DNA from: an uncultured Candidatus Saccharibacteria bacterium
GTDB lineage: Bacteria; Patescibacteriota; Dojkabacteria; J137
Direction: 5' to 3'
Length of the DNA stretch: 64,000 bases
NCBI GenBank assembly: GCA_964607415.1
Contig: CAZSKK010000001.1
Span: 132,190-196,189, forward strand
Shown: positions 18,828 to 29,236 of the stretch, piece after piece
Layout of the letters: each line of letters begins with the position of its first letter
Numbering within the stretch: the stretch's first letter is position 1
The notes under the pieces: generated by a model
What the model saw: the letters and a program-made list of their open reading frames with translations, nothing else
Told to the model about the DNA's origin: nothing
The model's database searches: none
Translations under genes and position numbers: made by a program

Positions 18828-20009
18828 ATGAATCAAAGGATTTTACCAAAAAATGTGAAAATTTTGTTAGTAGGAGGTCATTTAACTCCTGCCTTATCTG
18901 TTTTAAAAGAGTTAAGAAGACGAGGTTACTCTAATTTTATCTGGGTTGGTGTTAAATATAATCAAGCTGGAAACAAAGAACTGTCGCAGGAATACAAGAT
19001 TATTCAATCTGAAAATATAAAATTCCTAAATCTAAAATCTGGCAAACTTATTAGAGCAATTGGACCTTCAAACTTTTTTTATGCAATCAAACAATTTTTC
19101 TTTCTTATTTTAGGTTTTATACAAGCATTTTTTATTGTTTTAAAGAATCGACCTAAAGTTATCCTTTCTTTTGGCGGATATCTTGCTGTGCCAATAGCAA
19201 TTTGGGGAAGAATCCTTGGAGTTAAAGTAATAACGCATGAACAAACAATGGCAATAGGGCTTGCAAACAAAATTATTGGAAAGTTTGCCAATAAAGTTCT
19301 TTTAAGCTGGGAAAGAAATCTTTCAGAATATTCAGCAAAAAAAGCTGTTTTGATTGGAAATCCTATTAGAAAAGAGCTTCTGGTAAAAGTTGAAAAGAAT
19401 ATTACGAAAGATTTAGACCCTAAGTTACCAACAATCTTAATTTGGGGAGGTAACCAAGGTGCAAATGAAATTAACAGGCGAATATTTCTAATTTTAAGTA
19501 GATTAATGATTGTAGCAAACGTAATTCATCAAACAGGAAATTCATCTGTTACTAAAGATTATCAAAAGGCTTTATCCATTAAAGAAGCGCTTCCTGAAAA
19601 TCAAATAAATAGATACATAGTTAAAGATTTTTTTAATACAGACGAAGTTTCTGAGGTTTTACAAAATTCTGATTTGTTATTTAATAGAGCCGGGGCAAAC
19701 ACAATTACCGAAATTCTGGCTTTAGGCAAACTTACTATAATTATGCCAATCCCTTGGGTTTCGGGAAATGAGCAATTTTTAAATGCAAAGGTTGTTGAAG
19801 AAACTGGCTTAGGTTTTATTCTTGAGCAAAAAGATAATTTAAGCCACGAAACTGTTTATCAAACAATTCTTTTAGGCTTAAATCAAGCAAAACAGCATAA
19901 AGGTTTTAACAATAAGGATTTGGATGAGTGTAAAGAATTGGCATCTAAAATGATTAATCTAGATGCACCAAATTTGTTTGTGGATGAAATGGAAAAGCTT
20001 TTAGCGTAA
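18828..20009 (+). CDS. murG: MurG N-acetylglucosaminyl transferase
   Basis: GGHLTPA, SFGGY, HEQ, GNPIR, GGNQGA, RAGANTITE, EQ..NA. Confidence 0.93.
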   Translation: MNQRILPKNVKILLVGGHLTPALSVLKELRRRGYSNFIWVGVKYNQAGNKELSQEYKIIQSENIKFLNLKSGKLIRAIGPSNFFYAIKQFFFLILGFIQAFFIVLKNRPKVILSFGGYLAVPIAIWGRILGVKVITHEQTMAIGLANKIIGKFANKVLLSWERNLSEYSAKKAVLIGNPIRKELLVKVEKNITKDLDPKLPTILIWGGNQGANEINRRIFLILSRLMIVANVIHQTGNSSVTKDYQKALSIKEALPENQINRYIVKDFFNTDEVSEVLQNSDLLFNRAGANTITEILALGKLTIIMPIPWVSGNEQFLNAKVVEETGLGFILEQKDNLSHETVYQTILLGLNQAKQHKGFNNKDLDECKELASKMINLDAPNLFVDEMEKLLA

Positions 20010-20168
20010 GACGTTACAAGTTAGATGTAAGACGAGAATTAAAATTATCAATATACAATTAAAAAAATTTTGCAAAATTAAAACTCGAAGTAATTGGAAA
20101 TTGTAAATTCTTTAAATTGTTAATTTTCAGATCCCTGATCTCTAATCTCCAATAGCTAATCTCTAGTC

Positions 20169-21572
20169 TCAATCATCCAACCTCATATAGTGCTTATAAA
20201 TCTTACTCTTTTCAAATTCTCCAATAATTTCTTTTTTCTCGTAAGGAGATTCAAACCAAATATGTGCAGGTTTTTCAATATAAAAGCTTTGAAAATATTT
20301 TTTTACTTCCTCAATTGTTAACAACTTAGCAAATTTTACAGCCTCTTCGTACATATATTTATAAGACTTTTCTTCGGTTAGTGCATCTGTTGAAATATTT
20401 GATGAATAGTTAGGATCGTAGCTAATACTTCTTGTGAATATATATTTACTAATTTCACTTTCAAACCATTTAACGCCCTGCTCTGTATCTAGAAACTTAA
20501 TACATTCAGATGTAAGTAAATTATAAAGATGCTCCAACACATCCTCTAAATTTTTCTTTTCAAAAGTCATATAAAAGCCCTTGTTATAATTACTCCACCC
20601 TGCTTGAATCCATAATGACTGACTTGCATATATTAAGCCTTTTTGCTCTCTTAAAACCCTAAAACTCTGGTAGTTCATTAGTGCAACAACCAAATGGAAA
20701 AATACATTATTTTTGTATTCTGGTTCTTTTTCCATCTGGTCAAAGAAACTAATAGTTAACTCAACTCCCTTAGCTTCGTCATCCTTAAAATGATCATATT
20801 TGAATTTATTTTTGATAATCATTGGCTTATATCTGACACCTTTTTTACCTGCAGGTATAATATCTACAAATTCTGAGATGCTATCAATTAGCTTAGGAGA
20901 AGGTTTTTTATTAGTTTGGACAGCAATTATGCAGTTTTTTTGATGAACAATGTTGTCTTTGTATTTAATTAAATCATCAACTGTAATTTTCCCAATGCTT
21001 TCTTCAGTTCCAATTACTCTTCTATTAAAGCCTTTGTAGTTATCTTCAAAAATAAATCTTAAGTATGCAAGTTGTGGATCTTTTTCTTCTTTCTTTTTTT
21101 GATTTAATTCTGCAAGTACAATTCCTTTCTCCGTTTCCAGAAACTCAGCAAATCGTTCAACAGGATAATCCATTACATATTTTAAAAGCTCTAAACATCT
21201 TAAAGCTCCTTTTGGATGGCTTGTAGCATAGAAATTTAACATTTTATTGCCCGTCCAAGCGTTAGGGTAAATTTTTGGTTTATTTCTGTTTCCAAACTCA
21301 AAAGCCCTCTGCTCTTCTCTAGTTTTTAAAACTTTATTAGGATTCATTAACATGTGCTCCATTAAATGAGCAGTACCGGCAGGAACCCCAACTTGGTCTT
21401 CAAAATAATTCCCTCCTTTGAAAAGTATATTTACATCAAAATCTTGAATGTCTTTTTTTACTGAAATTAGAAGTTTAAGGCCAGTTGAAAGCTTAAATAA
21501 ATGATTTTGGGCTTTGTAACGGCTGTCATCCCAAGTATCGAGTAGCGTTAGGGATTTTGTTAGTTTAGTCAT
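20169..21572 (-). CDS. M16 (insulinase-family) zinc peptidase
   Basis: GTAHLMEHM (HxxEH), NAWT, EK.IVLAE, LREQKGLIY. Confidence 0.88.
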   Translation of the reverse strand: MTKLTKSLTLLDTWDDSRYKAQNHLFKLSTGLKLLISVKKDIQDFDVNILFKGGNYFEDQVGVPAGTAHLMEHMLMNPNKVLKTREEQRAFEFGNRNKPKIYPNAWTGNKMLNFYATSHPKGALRCLELLKYVMDYPVERFAEFLETEKGIVLAELNQKKKEEKDPQLAYLRFIFEDNYKGFNRRVIGTEESIGKITVDDLIKYKDNIVHQKNCIIAVQTNKKPSPKLIDSISEFVDIIPAGKKGVRYKPMIIKNKFKYDHFKDDEAKGVELTISFFDQMEKEPEYKNNVFFHLVVALMNYQSFRVLREQKGLIYASQSLWIQAGWSNYNKGFYMTFEKKNLEDVLEHLYNLLTSECIKFLDTEQGVKWFESEISKYIFTRSISYDPNYSSNISTDALTEEKSYKYMYEEAVKFAKLLTIEEVKKYFQSFYIEKPAHIWFESPYEKKEIIGEFEKSKIYKHYMRLDD

Positions 21573-21768
21573 AAGATTCAGGAATAGGTTCAGTTAATTA
21601 AGTTAACTAGTTGACAGTTAGTTTGTATCCAAGGCTAATTAACTACAAACCAATTAACAAATTGACTTTAATGAAAACTATTTATAATTACAAATTGCGT
21701 AGTTTTGTTATTTTATCAATATTTCGACAAGCCCAATATGACAAAATAGCATTGCTTTGACCTCAAAC

Positions 21769-23658
21769 CTATTGCTTCGTTATATCCAATTGGTCTCCTT
21801 GGGGATTATTTTGCTGCATTGCAAGTAACTCTGTAGGATTTGTTGTAATCAAGTTATGTTCGTTTTCACTTGCTACAACTTGAATTGCCACATGATTTGC
21901 TCCTGCAAAAAATAATCCTTGTCCAACTCCAGCTGAAAGTAAAAATGATTTTTCTCCTTCAGTTAAATAAAACACCTTTTGAAGTTTATCAATTGCTGCT
22001 GGTGATTGTTTTAAAAGTAGTTGCATTGAAGCGTTGTTTACTATTGCTTTCCCAAAGTCAGAGCTTAAAAAATCGTCTACATCTTGCGTAATTGTTGTTA
22101 AACCTAAAGCATATTTTCTAGCTCTTTTTGCTATTGAATAAACAAATCTTGCAGCATCCTCGTACTGCATCATAATCCAGGCTTCATCGATTATTAATAA
22201 TCTTTTTCTTTTATCTCTTTTAATTTTATTCCAAATGTAGTCAAGCATTACGTACATAGCCATAGGACGAAGGTCATCAGTTAGATCTCTAATGCTAAAG
22301 ACTGTAAATGTATTGTGAATGTCAACTGTGGATCTTCTATCAAATACTCCTGAGGCTGAACCTTTAAGATACTTTTCTAACCTTCTAGCCATGGAATGAG
22401 CTTCTTCCTCTGCCATTGCATTTAGAATTTTATACAAATCTTCAAGCAAAGGTGGTTCATTGCCGTGAGTCGATGGATCAGGCGTGATTCCTTTTTCTTT
22501 ATAGGTAAGAATCAAGGCTCTATCCATAATTGCATCTTCTTCTGGCGATATTCCGCCTAGCATAATTTTAATTAATCCCTTTAAAGAAAGAATTTTAAAT
22601 CTCAATTCGTCTTCATCTGGAGAGTATATACCTGACAATTCAAACGGATTTAGTTTTTGCGCTCCATCTTGTGAAAATGAGATGTACTCTCCTCCTACTG
22701 CTGCGCAAAGTCGATCAAATTCTTTTTCTGGATCTATGATCATTATATCTAACCCTAGCATTAAGGATCTTACCGCTTCAAGCTTAACTGAGTAGGATTT
22801 ACCAGCACCAGATGTTGCCAGGACTACTGAATTCGCATTTGGCAGTGAAAATCGGTCAAAAATAACTAAAGAGTTGTTGTGAAGATTTAATCCATATAGA
22901 ACACCTTTTTCTTGTGTCAACTCGCTACTAACAAATGGAAAGGTTGTTGCAATAGCAGTTGTATCAAGGTTTCTTAGCATCTGAATTTTATCAATTCCGT
23001 ATGGAATACAACTTTGGAAACATTCTTCCTGCTGAAGTGTTGCAACTTTTATAATTACACCCATTGCTGCCATTGTAGATTCGAGATTTTTTGCAATCTT
23101 TTCTAATTCATCTAAAGTGTCAGCATGTACAGTAATGTATAAAGCATATTGAAAAAACTTTTCATTACCTGATGCGAGTTGGCTTTGCAATTTTAATGCA
23201 TCTTCTAGTTGAACCTTTGTGATTGGATCAGCTTGTTGGCCAGATTGGACCTGAATATTCATTGTAGCTTGCATTTCTGCAATCTTTCGTTTCAAAATTT
23301 TTAGAATATCACCTGTATCTCTTGGATAATAGAAAGTACTAATATCAACAGCATATTCAAAGTTAATTAAAGGTTCTAGCCAACTTGGAGTTACAACGCT
23401 TGGATAACCAACTGCAAAGTATGATCTAAAAAACTTATGACCAATTGCCAGATTATTAAAGTTAATTTCTATTGCAGATGGTGCAATGATATCTTTAACA
23501 TCTAAAAGTCCTTGCGCAAATTTAGTTACTATTTGCTGCTCTCGTGCCAAAGCTTCTGCTTCTTTGCTTGATACAGGAACCATAGCATTAGGTTGTGCTG
23601 GCAATATACTTTTATTTGATTGTTGATTTGCTTTTTTGCCAAAGCCTAAAATTGCCAT
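21769..23658 (-). CDS. VirB4/TraC-like ATPase
   Basis: Walker A ATSGAGKS, IIDPEKE, LNPF, Walker B IIDEAW, KRARKY, TQDV.DFL. Confidence 0.9.
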   Translation of the reverse strand: MAILGFGKKANQQSNKSILPAQPNAMVPVSSKEAEALAREQQIVTKFAQGLLDVKDIIAPSAIEINFNNLAIGHKFFRSYFAVGYPSVVTPSWLEPLINFEYAVDISTFYYPRDTGDILKILKRKIAEMQATMNIQVQSGQQADPITKVQLEDALKLQSQLASGNEKFFQYALYITVHADTLDELEKIAKNLESTMAAMGVIIKVATLQQEECFQSCIPYGIDKIQMLRNLDTTAIATTFPFVSSELTQEKGVLYGLNLHNNSLVIFDRFSLPNANSVVLATSGAGKSYSVKLEAVRSLMLGLDIMIIDPEKEFDRLCAAVGGEYISFSQDGAQKLNPFELSGIYSPDEDELRFKILSLKGLIKIMLGGISPEEDAIMDRALILTYKEKGITPDPSTHGNEPPLLEDLYKILNAMAEEEAHSMARRLEKYLKGSASGVFDRRSTVDIHNTFTVFSIRDLTDDLRPMAMYVMLDYIWNKIKRDKRKRLLIIDEAWIMMQYEDAARFVYSIAKRARKYALGLTTITQDVDDFLSSDFGKAIVNNASMQLLLKQSPAAIDKLQKVFYLTEGEKSFLLSAGVGQGLFFAGANHVAIQVVASENEHNLITTNPTELLAMQQNNPQGDQLDITKQ

Positions 23659-23755
23659 AAATTAAAAATGTTGATATAGATTATTGATTTAAAATAGAAT
23701 TAAGATTCATAATTTCTCAGTCGCTCCGTGCCATCTCCTTCGAAAATGCTCGTTG

Positions 23756-24433
23756 TTACTCGCTTCTTCCAATTAGCCCTTGTTCTATATCTTGTTCCCT
23801 TATGTTCAAAACATCCAAGCCCGATTTATCTGGTTCATACACAGAATAGTATAATTTTATTAATTCATCATTTGTTAACTGCTTGGCAGCAACACCCATG
23901 TTTCCAAATTGTGTAATAATGTGATCTCTTTTAGGATATAGTTCCTCTTTAGCTTTTTTTAGTAGTTCATTGATATTTACTATTTTTTTCTGTTTACCGA
24001 AAATCTGTTTAACCCAGCTATTAAGTACAACTGGGAGCTCTGCTGATGGAATTACAGTATAGAATCGTTTATCTAAAATCTGTGTTGATTGAGTGAGATT
24101 GGTAATGAAGTCTTGATAAATAGTAACTTGATTAATTATAGATTCGCTAGTGGTTTTCCTTTTGTATGCTTCTAACAGTTTTAAATACTTAGCAATGTCT
24201 GTTCTTTGCGTTCTGATAACAATCTGAATGGGGAATCTTATAGAATTTAAAAATGCTGCAAATGAATAAATTCTAGCATCTTGTTCTTGTGAATCAAGCA
24301 AGTCAAAATTTAAAGAAGTAGTTTCTATTACAACTGCAACTTTACCGTTTTTCAAAATTACAAGATCGTCACGAATATCCTCTATGTCAAGGTGATCTTG
24401 AGTACTCATTTTTTTAGGATCAAAAATACCCAT
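23756..24433 (-). CDS. VirB4-associated (TraC N-terminal-like) protein
   Basis: STQ.HL.I.DI, NF.L....EQ.A....F..FLNS..FPIQI, KRFY.VIP; directly upstream of the VirB4-like gene. Confidence 0.7.
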   Translation of the reverse strand: MGIFDPKKMSTQDHLDIEDIRDDLVILKNGKVAVVIETTSLNFDLLDSQEQDARIYSFAAFLNSIRFPIQIVIRTQRTDIAKYLKLLEAYKRKTTSESIINQVTIYQDFITNLTQSTQILDKRFYTVIPSAELPVVLNSWVKQIFGKQKKIVNINELLKKAKEELYPKRDHIITQFGNMGVAAKQLTNDELIKLYYSVYEPDKSGLDVLNIREQDIEQGLIGRSE

Positions 24434-24665
24434 CAGCAGAAATGATAAATAACAAATAACGAATGTCGAATGAATACCTAATTCCTAAATACCAAATTAA
24501 TATTAAAAATTGGTATTGCATTAGTTATTCGTCATTCTCAATATATATTACATGACTTAAAATGTTTTTGCTAGTATCCAGGGAAAGTGTTAAAATTCCG
24601 AAAAGTATATCCCTTAAGTTAGTTAACTTTTGTAAATGATGCCAGATTGTGGTATCATATATAGT

Positions 24666-25034
24666 ATGAATATATTTGATTTTTTTCAAAATAGAAGTGA
24701 GAAAAATGAAAGTTCAACTGTTGGACAAGTTGAATGTACATCAGAAACTTTAAGTAATATGGCTGTAGGTCTTATGCAAAGCATGGGAATGACTAACCCG
24801 TCTTCGTTGAAGGCGCACGCAGCAAAGGCTATTACTATCACGAAAAAAGGCGAAAAATATTTAATTACACTAAATGCGTTTAAACCTCCGGTTACTATTG
24901 AATGGACTAATACAATGGATATTAACCAACTGGCAGAGTTACTTCTAAATCTTGCCAATACAAATAAAAAAGTTGGTTATGTAAACTTCCTAACTCAAAA
25001 TGGAAGAAGAATGTTTCAAATTGCAATAGGGTAA
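24666..25034 (+). CDS. Hypothetical protein
   Basis: Open frame with plausible composition; ATG follows TGnTATCAT. Confidence 0.55.
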   Translation: MNIFDFFQNRSEKNESSTVGQVECTSETLSNMAVGLMQSMGMTNPSSLKAHAAKAITITKKGEKYLITLNAFKPPVTIEWTNTMDINQLAELLLNLANTNKKVGYVNFLTQNGRRMFQIAIG

Positions 25035-25099
25035 CGGTTAATTAGTAATCAGTGGTTGGTTAATTGGTAAAACTGATTAACCCTTGACCATTTCACTAA

Positions 25100-26332
25100 T
25101 TAACTTTTGAGTACTGCTACACTCTCCATATGATAAGTGTGTGGAAACAAGTCAAAAATTCTTAAGTTTTTTAATTTATACACTTTCAAAAGCTCCTCTA
25201 AATTATTTTTTTGTGTTACTGGATTACAAGAAATATAAACTAAATTTTCTGGTTTTAAATTTAGAATAAGCTCAATTGTCTGTTTGTCTAATCCTGTACG
25301 TGGCGGATCTACAATTAAAAGAGAATTTTCAGGTTCAAAATTTTCAATTTTTAAGTTTTTAGAATCTCCAAACTGATAAGAAGCTTTAGTCTGCAAAGCA
25401 TTTAACGAAATATTCAAATTTGCTAATTTTATATTCTCTTCATTATTGTCAATTCCAAGAATACTTTCGCAAATGTCGCTTAATGAAATTCCGATTGTAC
25501 CAACGCCACAATACAAATCCAATAAATTTTCAATTTTCGAGTGTCTATAATTTTCAAACACGTATTCTAGAATCTTTTGAAAAGCATTAATGTTATTTTG
25601 AAAAAAGCTATTAGGACCAACCAAAAAGCTTTTATTAAACGGTGTATTAAAATCAATCGTAATATACTCATCACCATAAAATTTAATTGTTTCACCAAAA
25701 GATCTATCACCAATAGATTCTTGCTTTACCCAATAGACCGATTTAAAGCCTAACTCTAGAGCATTCTTTGCAACTTCATCAATAATATTTTGATTATCGT
25801 TTGTTCTGGTTACAATGTTTAGCATTGCAGTATTGTTATGAATTTTTAGAACTAAGTACCTAAGCTCACCAAGATGTGTTTTTAGATCGTAAGACTTTAA
25901 ACCTTTATGTGTAAGAATTTTAAAGACATCTCTTGTTTTCTTAAACCAAATTTGAGGTACTAAATTAAATTCATCTAAATCAACTACCCAATTAAAACTT
26001 CCTTTCTTTCTTTGACCGAATCTTGTGTTAGGTTCAAATTTAGGATTAAAACTACAAACAAATTCAGTTTTAAAACGATATTCAAAAGTTTCAGATGAAG
26101 GTGTAATTTCAAGGTTGTCCAATATCTTTTCATCTATAAGTTCTGAAAACAAATTTTTACAAGCGTTTAATTTTACTTCCAGTTGATTTTCATAATGAAT
26201 ATCTTCAGTTAATGTTGATCCAATTTGTCCAAAAAATTTTGATGTATTAGGATGATAAATGTTTGCAGATCTTAATTTATTGAACTCGATTTGAAAGTAA
26301 GAATCTAGTTCTTTATTAGTGGAAATTTTCAT
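25100..26332 (-). CDS. rlmD: RNA m5U methyltransferase, RlmD/TrmA family
   Basis: YRFKTEF, SFFQNN, DLYCGVGTIG, VDPPRTG, YISCNP, DLFPHTYHME. Confidence 0.85.
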   Translation of the reverse strand: MKISTNKELDSYFQIEFNKLRSANIYHPNTSKFFGQIGSTLTEDIHYENQLEVKLNACKNLFSELIDEKILDNLEITPSSETFEYRFKTEFVCSFNPKFEPNTRFGQRKKGSFNWVVDLDEFNLVPQIWFKKTRDVFKILTHKGLKSYDLKTHLGELRYLVLKIHNNTAMLNIVTRTNDNQNIIDEVAKNALELGFKSVYWVKQESIGDRSFGETIKFYGDEYITIDFNTPFNKSFLVGPNSFFQNNINAFQKILEYVFENYRHSKIENLLDLYCGVGTIGISLSDICESILGIDNNEENIKLANLNISLNALQTKASYQFGDSKNLKIENFEPENSLLIVDPPRTGLDKQTIELILNLKPENLVYISCNPVTQKNNLEELLKVYKLKNLRIFDLFPHTYHMESVAVLKS

Positions 26333-26333
26333 T

Positions 26334-26591
26334 TTAGTCAGTTGGCGATGAAAGAGGCGTATCCTCATCTACAGGTAAAGATACAACTTCCTGTTCTTCC
26401 TGAATAGTTTCAGTCTCATTTTTATCCAGAAGAGCAGTATCTTGATAGATGTAGATTACGATTAACATTACTAAAACCATTATAATTACAAAGATACTAA
26501 ATGGAATTATGTATTTACTTGATTTTGAATGCATATATTTTAAGCTATTTCCATTTGCTTCTCCTTTAGGATGAGAATGCATATTATGCAT
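26334..26591 (-). CDS. Small single-TM protein
   Basis: One hydrophobic helix and an acidic tail. Confidence 0.55.
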   Translation of the reverse strand: MHNMHSHPKGEANGNSLKYMHSKSSKYIIPFSIFVIIMVLVMLIVIYIYQDTALLDKNETETIQEEQEVVSLPVDEDTPLSSPTD

Positions 26592-26662
26592 TCGAGTGCA
26601 GTTAATTGAGGCACTCCCTTCAGAATTGCATGAGGTAAATTAATGTAAAATGTAAAATGCAA

Positions 26663-26703
26663 AGTGTCATGATGTTAGTGAGACACTAAATCATCATGAC
26701 ACT
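26663..26703. terminator. Hairpin downstream of the DsbA-like gene
   Basis: AGTGTCATGATG...CATCATGACACT 12-bp stem followed by an AT-rich run. Confidence 0.5.
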
Positions 26704-26723
26704 ATTTTATCTATCTTTCAAGA

Positions 26724-27563
26724 TTAGTTTGCTTTCTCAAGCTGAGCTTTAATTTCCTGCTCAAATACTGAGTAAGGTTGAGCACCAGCAATATTTACAC
26801 CTGTAACTGATCCGTCGTCTTTATTAAATACTCCTATTATAAATCCAGGTGTTCCAGTAACTCCAGCTTTCGATCCATCTGATGTATCATTTGTAATATC
26901 ATCGCTAAATCTCTCTTCTTCAAGACATTTTTCAAAATCTGACTTATTTACTCCAATATCACTAGCCATTGTTGCTAAGGCACTCGCTCCTCCTACACCT
27001 GCTCCATTTGTTGCAGTTTTTTCAAAATATTTATCTACAAATTCAAAATATGCAGAATCACCTTTAAGATCCTTTACACATTCAGCTGCATTTGCTGATA
27101 AACTTGCTGCTGGTTCGTGAAAGCTTAAAGGAAAATCTCTAATTACGTAAATAGCATCACCGCTTTCTACATAATTTTTTACTATGTCAGGGTATGTTTG
27201 CTGGTGGTGTCTTTGGCAGAATGGACATTCAAAATCTGTAAATTCTACAATTGCAATTTTGGCCTTATTAATATCCCCTAAAACTGCATCATTATCAATA
27301 TTTGTTGTACCAGTTGGGTTCGCAGCTGTTGGATTGGTATCTATAGTATCTAGTGTATCATTATCATTGGAATCATTGCTTATTGTAATTTCGCCCGAGA
27401 TACTTTTTGAAAGTTTATTTATACTAATCAAAAAACTAGTTGAAAAAATCAAAGTTGAAAGGATTATTGCAAAAGGCATAATGAAGCTTTCAAGGTTAAT
27501 GTTAATAACCTGTTCTTCTTTTGCAGCTTTTGCTGCAGTTACACTTTTTTTAGTTGTCGCCAT
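26724..27563 (-). CDS. DsbA-family thioredoxin-fold protein
   Basis: EFTDFECPFC, RDFPLSFH, GVTGTPGF, GAQPY; N-terminal TM. Confidence 0.92.
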   Translation of the reverse strand: MATTKKSVTAAKAAKEEQVININLESFIMPFAIILSTLIFSTSFLISINKLSKSISGEITISNDSNDNDTLDTIDTNPTAANPTGTTNIDNDAVLGDINKAKIAIVEFTDFECPFCQRHHQQTYPDIVKNYVESGDAIYVIRDFPLSFHEPAASLSANAAECVKDLKGDSAYFEFVDKYFEKTATNGAGVGGASALATMASDIGVNKSDFEKCLEEERFSDDITNDTSDGSKAGVTGTPGFIIGVFNKDDGSVTGVNIAGAQPYSVFEQEIKAQLEKAN

Positions 27564-27720
27564 AAATAAAAAAGATTAAAGATTAAAGATTACAAATCAA
27601 AATATTAATTAAAGATTCATGATTCAAGAATCAAGTAAGTAATAAAATTGTAATATAGTAATTCATTGTAGAACAATTGCATTACTATTTATTACTATGA
27701 ATAACGAAATTACTGAACGT

Positions 27721-28287
27721 TTAATTCGAGCTTTTTAGTTTTTTAACAATATTAAGCGATTTAACATTAACTATTACGTATGATACCAGAAAAATCGCAG
27801 GTACAATTAATAAATTACCGACCAACTGAATTTTTAAAAACGGCAATCCGTTAATATAGCTTTGCACTAAGCCATTAAAATCTTTTGAATACATATTTGT
27901 AGTTACTACAACTCCAAAATTTGTCCACAAAAAGAATAACAATGTTGATACTATAGCGGCCAGCTGTGAAAACCCTGTGAATTTTAATACAGAATTTGTA
28001 AAATTTTTAAACCGTCCAGACTTCATAGCTACTCCGGCTAAAAAGCTTACTAAAAATCCTGTCCAAGTGAAAATATAGATATTTGTATTTCCTATTATTA
28101 AGTCAGATCCAAACATAATAAAAACTGGGATTAAAACTGAGTAAGTATTTTTTCTAAAAAAGAATCCTGCCGACAGACTACAAGCAGTAACAAATTCCAG
28201 ATTAGGCTTTATATGAAATATGGTTCTTGTCGTAATTCCCAAGATTATTAAAATTAAAGCAAGTATTAAATAATTGTATTTTCGCAT
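27721..28287 (-). CDS. DUF6580/BtuM-like membrane transporter (putative B12 S-component)
   Basis: About 6 TM; PN, SD..IG, F..TNFG, Y..GL...YINGLPF; downstream of the cobalamin riboswitch. Confidence 0.72.
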   Translation of the reverse strand: MRKYNYLILALILIILGITTRTIFHIKPNLEFVTACSLSAGFFFRKNTYSVLIPVFIMFGSDLIIGNTNIYIFTWTGFLVSFLAGVAMKSGRFKNFTNSVLKFTGFSQLAAIVSTLLFFLWTNFGVVVTTNMYSKDFNGLVQSYINGLPFLKIQLVGNLLIVPAIFLVSYVIVNVKSLNIVKKLKSSN

Positions 28288-28377
28288 AGACTTATTTGTT
28301 AAGTAATAAAAGGCTTATAGCAGATAGCTCATAGCTTGGTTTTCTATTTGCTATTCGCTATAAGCTATGTGCTAATC

Positions 28378-28842
28378 TTAATTAAATTTTGTAAGTACAA
28401 AAGTAATCTTATCCCCAGGTTGAACTTTATAATCACTTACCCCAACTGAGCTTTCTGTACCATTGATTTGTAAGCTAAAGAATTCAGTGTTGGAATCTGC
28501 AGTGGTTCCATATAAAGAAGTTACAAATGCGCCAAAATCATACTGTGTGTATTCTAATTTAAAAGTAGAGCTTTCAGAATTATATCTTTTTAAGGTTTCA
28601 ATTAATAGCTCATCTTTTATTATGCTTGGGTTAGCAACACTTTGAGTGCCATTTATATTAACTTCTAGCTGAACATAATCGGCTAAGTAGCTTACAGGTT
28701 GGCTTACTACAAATCCAACATCATCTGAAGTATTTTTAGTATTGTCATCTTTAATAAAAAGAATCCAAACACTCGCAATTGCTATACTTAAGATAACAAC
28801 GGCTAATAAGCCTGATAGGACTTTGACTCGAACGTTATTCAT
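28378..28842 (-). CDS. DUF4430 (transcobalamin C-terminal-like) membrane-anchored protein
   Basis: YDFGAFVTS, ING..S.VGVSDY.V.PGD.I.F; N-terminal TM. Confidence 0.8.
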   Translation of the reverse strand: MNNVRVKVLSGLLAVVILSIAIASVWILFIKDDNTKNTSDDVGFVVSQPVSYLADYVQLEVNINGTQSVANPSIIKDELLIETLKRYNSESSTFKLEYTQYDFGAFVTSLYGTTADSNTEFFSLQINGTESSVGVSDYKVQPGDKITFVLTKFN

Positions 28843-28954
28843 AGAAACAAATTAAAAAGTAAATTGAGCTAGCTCCGAGCTTCGAGTCTTCAGCTTTGAA
28901 TTATAAATTGATGGTTTCTCGTAGCTCGCGACTCATGGCTGGTAGCTTCTATAC

Positions 28955-28987
28955 AAAAACAAAAAACTTTCCAGATACAGGAAAGTC
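28955..28987 (-). terminator. Intrinsic terminator (riboswitch expression platform)
   Basis: Minus strand GACTTTCC-TGTATCT-GGAAAGTT followed by TTTTGTTTTT. Confidence 0.8.
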
Positions 28988-29024
28988 TTTGATAGTCTCT
29001 TCTACCTGCTCGGGATATGTTTAA

Positions 29025-29103
29025 TGTTTCAGGATCGGACTTTCCTAATAAGGATAACCGTTGCGGCACAGTGAGGGATTTGCACCCTGCTTCACTGAAA
29101 TAT
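29025..29103 (-). promoter_or_regulatory. Cobalamin riboswitch (short class-II type)
   Basis: Minus strand TTTCAG-TGAAGCAGGGTGCAAATCCCTCACTGTGCCGCAACGGT...AAGTCCGATC-CTGAAA matches the B12-element core; upstream of B12-binding/transport genes. Confidence 0.88.
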
Positions 29104-29236
29104 ATCTTGAGAATAACGCAGTTAAGGTGGGGTGTCAATAGCTTATAGCATATAGCTGATAGCCTGTAGAATTACGTTTGTGGTAATATGATAGGACATA
29201 ATTTGATCTATAAGCTATCTGCTAGATGCTGCCAAT

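Noticed and set aside
28890-29138. 82-aa ORF from the track
   Set aside because: Coincides with the cobalamin riboswitch and its terminator.
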